Positions 9,901 through 20,088 of a stretch of DNA of 64,000 nt are shown piece by piece. The position numbers and the translations under genes were made by a program. This DNA is from Macrostomum lignano (taxonomy: Eukaryota). The DNA is taken from assembly GCA_002269645.1 (NCBI GenBank), contig NIVC01000544.1:1-64000 (forward strand). Reading direction: 5' to 3'. The stretch's first letter is position 1, and each line of letters opens with the position of its first letter. Under the pieces are notes generated by a model. That model had not been told where the DNA came from. It did not search any database and saw only the letters and a list, made by a program, of their open reading frames with translations.

Positions 9901-12648
9901 CTTATCAGATGTACATTGAGGATAGGAAGGGAGACTGATCAGATGTACATTTGGGGTGGGAAAGAGAGACTTATCAGATGTACATTAGGGGTAGGAAGGC
10001 AAGGGGTAGGGGAGAGAGGCTGATCAGATGTACATTGGGGTAGGGGAGAGAGGCTGATCAGATGTACATTGGGGTAGGGGAGAGAGACTGATCAGATGTA
10101 CATTGGGGTAGGGGAGAGAGACTGATCAGATGTAAATTGGGGTAGGGGAGAGAGACTGATCAGATGTACATTACGGGTAGGGTGGAGATTGAGGCAGTGA
10201 ATAGTGCCTAGTGGTGCGGCAAACAAATTGAAAGAAATTGGTAAAGTCCTACTCATTATTTTCATCAAAACAACAATAAAAGCCGTAAATTTACCTGGCC
10301 TCTAAGGTGGAACAAGCCTCGCGCGTTATGACACTGCTAATAGATGGATTTGACGATTCTCAACAGCTATTCAGCCAGGAGATGCGGCAGTACTTCACAG
10401 ATCAAGTCGATGGCCCTTCAATAGTAGATGTGCACGCAGATGTTGGAGGATCCGGTAAGCTGATGTTGAAAATTGATATTCTCTATCCGATAAGCTATTT
10501 CAGTCCTGTAGACATAACATTTTAATCATTTTTTTGTATTTACAGCGCCAACTGTGGTGGAACTTGAGACCACTGGCTCAGATTCCGCAGTTTTGGGTAA
10601 ATTATACTTAATAATCTTAATTCCTAATTAATGTATATCTGATGCACACTCAATGTCAGCTGACTAGCCCCCCCCCTACCCCTAATGTACATCTGATCAG
10701 TCTCTCTCCCCTATCCCTAATGTACATCTGATCAGTCTCTCTCCCCTACCCCTAATGTACATCTGATCAGTCTCTCTCCCCTACCTCTAATGTACATCTT
10801 ATCAGTCTCTCTCTCTCCCTACCCCTAATGTACATCTGATCAATCTCTCTCCCCCTACCCCTAATGTACATCTGATCAGTCTCTCTCCCCTACCTCTAAT
10901 GTACATCTTATCAGTCTCTCTCTCCCCCTACCCCTAATGTACATCTGATCAGTCTCTCTCCCCCTACCCCTAATGTACATCTGATCAGTCTCTCTCCCCT
11001 ACCTCTAATGTACATCTTATCAGTCTCTCTCTCTCCCTACCCCTAATGTACATCTGATCAATCTCTCCCCCTACCCCTAATGTACATCTGATCAGTCTCT
11101 CTCCCTACCTCTAATGTACATCTTATCAGTCTCTCTCTCCCCCTACCCCTAATGTACATCTGATCAGTCTCTCCCCTACCCCCAATGTACATCTGATCAG
11201 TCTCTCTCCCCCTACCCCTAATGTACATCTGATCAATCTCTCCCCCTACCCCTAATGTACATCTGATGTACACCAATGTACGCAGTGCGCGCTCATCACC
11301 CGCAGACGCACCAATGGCATCGCAACTCGCTCGCCGCCGTTCGCTGACGCAGCTGGAGCCGGCGGCTGCATCATCTACCGCTTCGCTGCTTTCGGTTCGA
11401 AGCACCCAATCCGAGTTCCTCTCCGCTCTCGCCTGCGCAGTTGACTGCGACGAAGCGGCATTGCCTCAATCGGCTCAGGAGCAGCAGGCAGCAGACTGCG
11501 GAGCTCAAAATAAAAAAGCTAGCAGAATGGTGAGTTTTTTGCTGGGCTTGCTTTGTTGCTTTGCTTTCTCCTAGATCCTCAGTTTCTGGGCCAACCTCCC
11601 AGATCCTCAGTTGCTGGGCCAGCCTCCTAAATCCTCAGTTGCTGGGCCAGCCTCCCAGATCCCCAATTTCTGGCCAGTCTCCCAGATCCTCAGTTGCTGG
11701 GCCAGCCTCCCAGACCCTCAGTTGCTGGGCCAGCCTCTCAGAGTGTCAGTTGCCGGGCCAGCCTCCCAGATCCCCAGTTGCTGGGCCAGCCTCCCAGACC
11801 CTCAGTTGCTGGGCCAGCCTCCCAGATCCTCAGTTGCTGGGCCAGCCTTCCAGATCCCCAGTTGCTGGGCCAGCCTCCCAGAGTGTCAGTTGCTGGGCCA
11901 GCCTCCCAGAGTGTCAGTTGCTGGGCCAGCCTCCCAGACCCTCAGTTGCTGGGCCAGCCTCCCAGATCCTCAGTTGCTGGGCCAGCCTCCCAGATCCTCA
12001 GTTGCTGGGCCAGTCTCCCAGATCCTCAGTTGCTGGGCCAGCCTCCCAGATCCCCAGTTGCTGGGCCAACCTCCCAGATCCTCAGTTGCTAGGCCAGTCT
12101 CCCAGATCCTCAGTTGCTGGGCCAGCCTCCCAGAGTGTCAGTTGCTGGGCCAGCCTCCCAGATCCCCAGTTGCTGGGCTAGCCTCCCAGATCCTCAGTTG
12201 CTGGGCCAGCCTCCCAGATCCCCAGTTGCTGGGCCAACCTCCCAGATCCTCAGTTGCTAGGCCAGTCTCCCAGATCCTCAGTTGCTGGGCCAGCCTCCCA
12301 GATCCTCAGTTGCTGGGCCAGCCTCCCAGATCCCCAGTTGCTGGGCCAACCTCCCAGATCCTCAATATTAGCCTCCGTTGTCCCAGATCCCGCTCCTGCT
12401 CTCCTACGGATTGACATTATCCCCATAAATTAAACCCCTACTGAAGCGCCCCCAACCCATTTCTCCAGACCATTAGCGGCTGGTCAGACCTGGCCGAGCA
12501 GGCGCACCAGTTTCAGCGCGGCTCCGGCGGCAGTCGAGCCAGTCAGGTCATGCGCAAACGGCAGCTGGAACGACTCGCTAGACGGAGTCGTTGGTTTTCA
12601 AATCAGACTGCTGCTCAGACTCCTGCTGTCGGTGCTAACGGTAATTAA
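6910..12648 (+). CDS. RhoGAP-domain protein, 6 exons
   Basis: Exons 6910-7463, 9508-9676, 10307-10454, 10546-10596, 11306-11529, 12469-12648. All introns are GT-AG with compatible phases. Motifs: VIFGANL, arginine finger DLFRRPGN, ANVAKKFLLALPDGLF, AVAKSVAGSVF. The last exon could instead splice on at 12641. Confidence 0.85.
7530..8510. repeat. 22/25-bp minisatellite (CATCCAGAATCGCCCCAATCCT)n in RhoGAP intron 1
   Basis: Tandem units. Source of the spurious 358-aa ORF 7505-8581. Confidence 0.95.
9150..9445. repeat. 34-bp minisatellite (CATAACCCTATTCTGATCATATTCTCCCAATGGT)n in RhoGAP intron 1
   Basis: About 8 tandem units. Confidence 0.9.
9770..10172 (-). repeat. ~34-bp minisatellite (GATCAGATGTACATTGGGGTAGGGGAGAGAGACT)n in RhoGAP intron 2
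   Basis: Tandem units. Reverse complement of the array at 10670-11270. Confidence 0.95.
10670..11270 (+). repeat. ~34-36-bp minisatellite (CCCTAATGTACATCTGATCAGTCTCTCTCCCCTA)n in RhoGAP intron 4
   Basis: Tandem units. Same family as 9770-10172 in the opposite orientation. Confidence 0.95.
11572..12365. repeat. 28-bp minisatellite (CCTCCCAGATCCTCAGTTGCTGGGCCAG)n in RhoGAP intron 5
   Basis: Tandem units. Source of three overlapping repetitive ORFs. Confidence 0.95.
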
Positions 12649-12787
12649 CTATATTTGTTAATCATCTTTCAACTACGCGGTTGCTGATTTTTCACTACTA
12701 ACTCAATTAGTAGTATGTGCTGCCTCTTTATTATTAAAGTTTTCTGTTCCGTTTCCTTAAGTTGATGGAATTTAAAAAAAAATCGAC

Positions 12788-13316
12788 TGTGTTTCAGTGA
12801 CCCACTGAGCAATCTGTGGTGTTTCAGTGACTCACTGAGCAATCTGTGGTGTTTCAGTGACTCACTGAGCAATCTGTGGTGTTTCAGTTACCCACTGAGC
12901 TATCTGTGGTTTTTCAGTGACTCACTGAGCAATCTGTGGTGTTTCAGTGACCCACTGAGCTATCTGTGGTGTTTCAGTGACTCACTGAGCAATCTGTGGT
13001 GTTTCAGTGACCCACTGAGCTATCTGTGGTTTTTCAGTGACTCACTGAGCAATCTGTGGTGTTTCAGTGACCCACTGAGCTATCTGTGGTTTTTCAGTGA
13101 CTCACTGAGCAATCTGTGGTGTTTCAGTGACCCACTGAGCTATCTGTGGTTTTTCAGTGACTCACTGAGCTATCTGTGGTGTTTCAGTGACCCACTGAGC
13201 TATCTGTGGTTTTTCAGTGACTCACTAAGCTATCTGTGGTGTTTCAGTGACCCACTGAGCTATCTGTGGTGTTTCAGTGACCCACTGAGCTATCTGTGGT
13301 GTTTCAGTGACCCACC
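12788..13316. repeat. 30-bp minisatellite (GTGTTTCAGTGACTCACTGAGCAATCTGTG)n with an internal palindrome
   Basis: About 17 units with no spacers. Alternating variants form a 60-bp dimer. Confidence 0.95.
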
Positions 13317-14244
13317 AAAGTATTTTGGGTGCTCATGTTTCGTTAATGCAGTGTTGGTTTCCCTCTATCGCGCGATTGTCTGTGTAAAATTTATATCGAA
13401 TAAACAAAATATCAATAGCCAATGTCTCACATTCGATAGTATTAAAATTGCCTCACTAATAAAATTTTTGTTTGCATTCACTTCAAACACTTTGTTTTAC
13501 AAACTAATTCCATGTAAAAGAAGAACTCCGTAAACCCTTAATCTTTTTGGGGGAATCCATGAAATTCCGGGTCGCTTTTTTTGCCGGAAAATCCATGGGA
13601 ATTCCGTAACTGGCTCTGAAGCCCAAATCTGTGTATAATTCGTCTATCTTGTCTTTTCGGCTTCCTTCAAATCAAAACGCAATATCTTTTTATAATTTTT
13701 TATCGCTTGCTAATTACATTATGAAGCAATTAATTTATATAATTTTGTATTTGTCAACTAATTTTTTCTATAATTTGTACCTAAGACGGTCATTTATTGT
13801 CGTTCCTTTTTGTCTTGTGCCGAATATAGTAAATGGAATTTATTGGTAATAATTGCATTAAAAAGGCCTAAATTTGCCTACTTCTTTCTAGCTTACAGTT
13901 TAATAATTTGCTCATTAACAATATTTATGTATTTTAAACGTATATAATATTTCAGTAAATTTTTCAACAACTTTGTTAATTAGTTTTTAACAGCTTTTTT
14001 ATATCTGTGCGAAAAATCTCAAAATTAAACAAAATCTATTTTTAGCGTCATCAACTGTGTAGCAATATATAATGACTGTATTATATTTTTTTATATTTTT
14101 TTTCACTTTTGTTTAGTTGTCAACAAATATATACATATAATTATTTATTAATCTATACTGAGACAGAATTGTTAACAATTCATTGTTTCGCTATAACAAA
14201 TAAGTAAAGCAACTTCCTGCAGTCTGAGTTAATTTGATGTAGGG

Positions 14245-16890
14245 AATCTCTACTGAACTGATCTAGAGAATCGACTGAACTGATCTAGAGAACCTCGACT
14301 GAACTGATCTAGAGAATCTACTAAACTGATCTAGAGAATCTCTACTGAACTGATCTAGAGAATCTACTGAACTGATCTAGAGAATCTCTACTGAACTGAT
14401 CTAGAGAATCTACTGAACTGATCTAGAGAATCTCTACTGAACTGATCTAGAGAATCTACTGAACTGATCTAGAGAATCTCTACTGAACTGATCTAGAGAA
14501 TCTCTACTGAACTGATCCAGAGAATCTACTAAACTGATCTAGAGAATCTACTGAACTGATCTAGAGAACCTCGACTGAACTGATCTAGAGAATCTACTGA
14601 ACTGATCTAGAGAATCTCTACTGAACTGATCTAGAGAATCTACTGAACTGATCTAGAGAATCTACTGAACTGATCTAGAGAATCTCTACTGAACTGATCT
14701 AGAGAATCTACTGAACTGATCTAGAGAACCTCGACTGAACTGATCTAGAGAATCTACTGAACTGATCTAGAGAATCTCTACTGAACTGATCTAGAGAATC
14801 TACTGAACTGATCTAGAGAATCTCTACTGAACTGATCTAGAGAATCTCTACTGAACTGATCCAGAGAATCTACTAAACTGATCTAGAGAATCTACTGAAC
14901 TGATCTAGAGAACCTCGACTGAACTGATCTAGAGAATCTACTGAACTGATCTAGAGAATCTCTACTGAACTGATCTAGAGAATCTACTGAACTGATCTAG
15001 AGAATCTACTAAACTGATCTAGAGAATCTACTGAACTGATCTAGGGAACCTCGACTGAACTGATCTAGAGAATCTACTGAACTGATTTAGAGAATCTCTA
15101 CTGAACTGATCTAGAGAATCTACTGAACTGATCTAGAGAACCTACTGAACTGATCTAGAGAACCTCGACTGAACTGATCTAGAGAATCTACTGAACTGAT
15201 CTAGAGAATCTCTACTGAACTGATCTAGAGAACCTCGACTGAACTGATCTAGAGAACCTTCTGAACTGATCTAGAGAACCTCGACTGAAATGATCTAGAG
15301 AATCTACTGAACTGATCTAGAGAACCTCGACTGAACTGATCTAGAGAATCTACTGAACTGATCTAGAGAATCTCTACTGAACTGATCTAGAGAATCTACT
15401 GAACTGATCTAGAGAATCTACTAAACTGATCTAGAGAATCTACTGAACTGCGCTAGAGAACCTCGACTGAACTGATCTAGAGAATCTACTGAACTGATCT
15501 AGAGAATCTACTAAACTGATCTAGAGAATCTACTGAACTGCGCTAGAGAACCTCGACTGAACTGATCTAGAGAATCTACTGAACTGATCTAGAGAATCTC
15601 TACTGAACTGATCTAGAGAATCTACTGAACTGATCTAGAGAATCTACTGAACTGATCTAGAGAACCTCGACTGAACTGATCTAGAGAATCTACTGAACTG
15701 ATCTAGAGAATCTCTACTGAACTGATCTAGAGAACCTCGACTGAACTGATCTAGAGAATCTACTGAACTGATCTAGAAAACCTACTGAACTGATCTAGAG
15801 AACCTCTACTGAACTGATCTAGAGAATTTACTGAACTGATCTAGAGAATCTCTACTGAGCTGATCTAGAGAATCTACTGAACTGATCTAGAGAACCTCGA
15901 CTGAGCTGATCTAGAGAACCTCGACTGAACTGATCTAAAGAATCTACTGAACTGATCTAGAGAACCTTCTGAACTGATCTAGAGAACCTCGACTGAACTG
16001 ATCTAGAGAATCTACTGAACTGATCTAGAGAACCTACTGAACTGATCTAGAGAACCTCAACTGAACTGATCTAGAGAATCTACTGAACTGATCTAGAGAA
16101 CCTACTGAACTGATCTAGAGAACCTCGACTGAACTGATCTAGATAATTTACTGAACTGATCTTGAGAACCTACTGAACTGATCTAGAGAACCTCGACTGA
16201 ACTGATCTAGAGAATCTACTGAACTGATCTAGAGAACCTACTGAACTGATCTAGAGAACCTCGACTGAACTGATCTAGAGAATCTACTGAACTGATCTAG
16301 AGAACCTCGACTGAACTGATCTAGAGAATCTACTGAACTGATCTAGAGAACCTACTGAACTGATCTAGAGAACCTCGACTGAACTGATCTAGATAATTTA
16401 CTGAACTGATCTAGAGAACCTACTGAACTGATCTAGAGAACCTCGACTGAACTGATCTAGATAATTTACTGAACTGATCTAGAGAACCTACTGAACTGAT
16501 CTAGAGAACCTCGACTGAACTGATCTAGAGAATCTACTGAACTGATCTAGAGAACCTACTGAACTGATCTAGAGAACCTCGACTGAACTGATCTAGAGAA
16601 TCTACTGAACTGATCTAGAGAACCTACTGAACTGATCTAGAGAACCTCGACTGAACTGATCTAGAGAATCTACTGAACTGATCTAGAGAACCTACTGAAC
16701 TGATCTAGAGAACCTCGACTGAACTGATCTAGAGAATCTACTGAACTGATCTAGAGAACCTACTGAACTGATCTAGAGAATCTACAGAGCTGATTTAGAG
16801 AATCTACTGAACTGATCTAGAGAATCTACTGAACTGATCTAGAGAACCTCGACTGAGCTGATCTAGAGAACCTACTGAACTGATCTAGCG
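14245..16890. repeat. ~2.65-kb 22/24-bp satellite (CTACTGAACTGATCTAGAGAAT)n
   Basis: Variants CTACT..AAT (22 bp), CTCTACT..AAT (24 bp) and CTCGACT..AAC (24 bp). Confidence 0.97.
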
Positions 16891-16922
16891 AATCTTCCTA
16901 ATTTATATATCCCAAACTCTGG

Positions 16923-17856
16923 TCAGTCAGTTTCGGCTATAGACATTGCGGAATCGTCGCTTCTCGCCGACGCGTCGCCGACCTGCTGATCAGTGAGGTA
17001 GAGCAGCACCCCGTCCAGCAGATTGATGTAGCGGATTGCTAGTCGCAGAATTTCACTTTTACTCAACTTCTTGTCCGGCGGATGAGTCGGCAGCAGGCGA
17101 CGAAGATCGGCGAAGGCCGCCTTGACGCTGAGCTGTCGCTGACGCTCTCGACTGTTGGTGAAAGTCTTCTTTCGTGGCTGCTGCTGCGCTGTAGGCGCTA
17201 TTAGATGTCCAGTTTGGCCGGAGCTTGCAGCGGCCGCGTTGAATAGCGGGGTGCAGGCTGGTGACCCTCGGGTAGCAGCTGATGCGAGTCTGCATTTTTG
17301 GGGTGTGTGGTGCACCTCTTGTACGAGATGAGAGATGGGATGAGGAGTTGAGGGGCCGCCGTAGGAGATGAGGAGGCGCCAAAAGAGATAAGGAGGTGCC
17401 AAAAGGAGATGAGGAGGCGCCAAAAGAGATAAGGAGGTGCCAAAAGGAGATGAGGAGGCGCCATTAAATAAGATAAGAAGCGCCAAAAGGAGATGAAGAG
17501 GCGCCAAAAGGCGATGAAGAGGCGCCAAAAGGCGATGAAGAGGCGTCAAAAGGCGATGAAGAGGCGCCAAAAGGAGATGAAGAGGCGCCAAAAGGAGATG
17601 AAGAGGCGCCAAAAGGCGATGAAGAGGCACCAAAAGGAGATGAAGAGGCGCCAAAAGGCGATGAAGAGGCACCAAAAGGAGATGAAGAGGCGCCAAAAGA
17701 GATACAACTTATTAAAGAAAAATTCTAAAACAAAAATCAATTTTACCTGTCTGAGCTCAGCTGCTCTCGCTGGCTCGGTGAAGCGGCGCTGCCATCGTCA
17801 GCCCTGCTGACAATCTGCGGTTGACTGGAGTCTTTAGTCCGAACTGTATTGTCCAT
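16923..17856 (-). CDS. tal1: TAL1/SCL/LYL1-family bHLH transcription factor, 2 coding exons
   Basis: Exons 17856-17747 and 17289-16923, phase-2 GT-AG intron. The b[53 protein letters not shown] matches the TAL signature FTNSRER..Q....[22 protein letters not shown]. Confidence 0.88.
17360..17700. repeat. 21-bp minisatellite (GAAGAGGCGCCAAAAGGCGAT)n in the tal intron
   Basis: Tandem units. Inflates the 257-aa ORF call. Confidence 0.92.
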
Positions 17857-18329
17857 GTCCTACTGCAGTTTCAGCGAAAATCTTCTGAATTGCAGACTTG
17901 GGGCTCAGAAACATCAGACTCTTGATTCGGAATAATATATCATTTATTTCAAAGACTCATATATACTTTATTTGAGCGCCGATCCTGGTTGGAGCGAGAT
18001 AAGGAGTTGTGAGGGCCCTATGAGGGGTTTCTAGTCGAACAGCTAACGATAGCCAATAGCAACCCCATCTGCGGGGCCCTGACTGCTCTCCACTGCGCAT
18101 GATTTACAACCCGATCCCCCCAACACTTTCTCTACCCCGAGGGAGCTGTCGATTTCTCATCTCCCTCCCGTGGGACAGTTCGTTTCGCTGTTATTTATTA
18201 GCACCTTGAGGCTTCAACCCCCGAGCTTCTGGATCGATTCGGTATAATTTCCAGTTTACTGCAACCGATTTTGATCATCTCTGTTTTATTGTAAAGCTGA
18301 ATATTGCAATAGATCCTCTACAATCGATT

Positions 18330-18905
18330 TAACTTTCAGTAAAATTTCAGTGAAATTTCAGTAAACTCTCAGTGAACTCCCAATGAACTCTCTTTGAAAA
18401 CTCCGTGAACTTTCACTGAAATCTCACTGAACCTTCAGTGAACTCTCAGTGAAATGTCACTGAACTCTCAACGAACGCTCGACGAACTCTTAACAAATCA
18501 GTGAACTTTTTTCATTGAAATTTCAGTGAACTCTCTGTCAACTTTCAGTGAACTCTCAGTGAAATCTCGGTGAACTCTTAATGAGCTCTCAACAAAACAG
18601 TGAACTTTTTTCATTGAAATTTCAGTGAGCCTTTTTTCAGTGAACTATCAGCAAACTTTCAGTGAACCTTCTTTCAGTGAACTCTGTGAACTTTCAGTGA
18701 ACTCTGTGAACTTTCAGTGAACTCTGTGAACTTTCAGTGAACTCTCAGCGAACTTTCAGTGAACCTCCTTTCAGAGAGCTCTCTGTCAACTTTCAGTTAA
18801 CTCTCAATGAAATCTCGGTGAACTCTCAACGAAGTCTCAACAAATCAGTGAACTTTTTTCAGCGAACTTTCAGTGAACTTTCTTTCCGTGAACTCTAAGT
18901 GAACT
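18330..18905. repeat. Degenerate ~12-bp tandem repeat (TCAGTGAACTTT/C)n
   Basis: Recurrent CAGTGAAC core. Confidence 0.8.
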
Positions 18906-19404
18906 TTCTAAACGAGAGAAATTTTCAGTTTTGATATTCAAACCTTTAAAAGTTGTGATGCAGAGAAGCTTTCTAATTTAACACGCTCACACAAGGTGTA
19001 CAGCGGCACAGGCTTTCTAATCGTCAGACATGTACACTCTCTGCCTTGAGGGCTGGCTCTCACGTGAGTGAATCGCACAGTCAGTTTCCAATCCAGAATT
19101 CTAAGGAGAGCGTCTTTAGACTAGGCGTCCATGCGTCCGGAGCAGACGCCACTCCTGCCGGAGGGGTCACAGCCGAGCGATCTGTTTAATGAGGATTCCG
19201 CCCCCCCCCAGCTTAGCCAAGCGCAAAGTCGTGAGGCTTCTGTCGGCCCTGACTATTTATCGATATAGAATTCCTTCAGCGATAAAAGATCCCATAAATA
19301 TGGAAATTTCAAATAGACGCCAAAAAAATTTATGACCCTCGAATAGCTGTAGCTCTCTATAGGTTGAAAATCGCAGCAATTTTTTTCAGTTTTTTTATGT
19401 TTCA

Positions 19405-19830
19405 TTATGATGTTACATTCTTGTGATGTTTCATTCTTGTGATGTTTCATTCTTGTGATGTTTCATTCTTGTGATGTTTCATTCTTGTGATGTTTCATTC
19501 TTGTGATATTTCATTCTTGTGGTGTTTCATTCTTGTGGTGTTTCATTCTTGTGAAGTTTCATTCTTGTGATGTTTCATTCATGTGATTTTTCATTCATGT
19601 GATGTTTCATTCATGTGATGTTTCATTCTTGCGATATTTCATTCATGTGATGTTTCATTCTTGCGATATTTCATTCATGTGATGTTTCATTCATGTGATG
19701 TTTCATTTATGTGATGTTTCATTCATGTGATGTTTCATTCATGTGATGTTTCATTCATGTGATGTTTCATTCATGTGATGTTTCATTCATGTGATGTTTC
19801 ATTCTTGTGATGTTTCATTCTTGTTATGTT
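19405..19830. repeat. 16-bp minisatellite (TGTGATGTTTCATTCT/A)n
   Basis: About 26 tandem units. Confidence 0.95.
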
Positions 19831-20088
19831 TCGAGCCTAAAAAGCGACCACAAAATATTATATTGAATATTGTAATACTAACCCCGGCTAATCTTGCTGA
19901 ACTTTTGGCAAAGAAGAAGTCATAATTATGAATGGAAACTTTCAGATTTAAACATCTCAGTCAACAGTAATGCTGAATAATGAGTAATGGATAAATTATC
20001 TACTATAAATAATTTTTACTGAACAGTCCGGTAATTGATTGCTCTTGTGTACATATTTAATAATGTAAATTAATTAATATTTCTTAAA

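Noticed and set aside
11561-12414. Three overlapping repetitive ORFs of 132-267 aa
   Set aside because: A 28-bp minisatellite that is open in several frames by chance.
12788-13316. CRISPR-like array (30-bp palindromic repeats)
   Set aside because: Units are directly adjacent with no unique spacers, there are no cas genes, and the context is eukaryotic.
13530-13625. TIR-like end (GGAATTCCGTAACTGGCTCTGAAGCCC)
   Set aside because: No matching opposite end or TSD found in the window.
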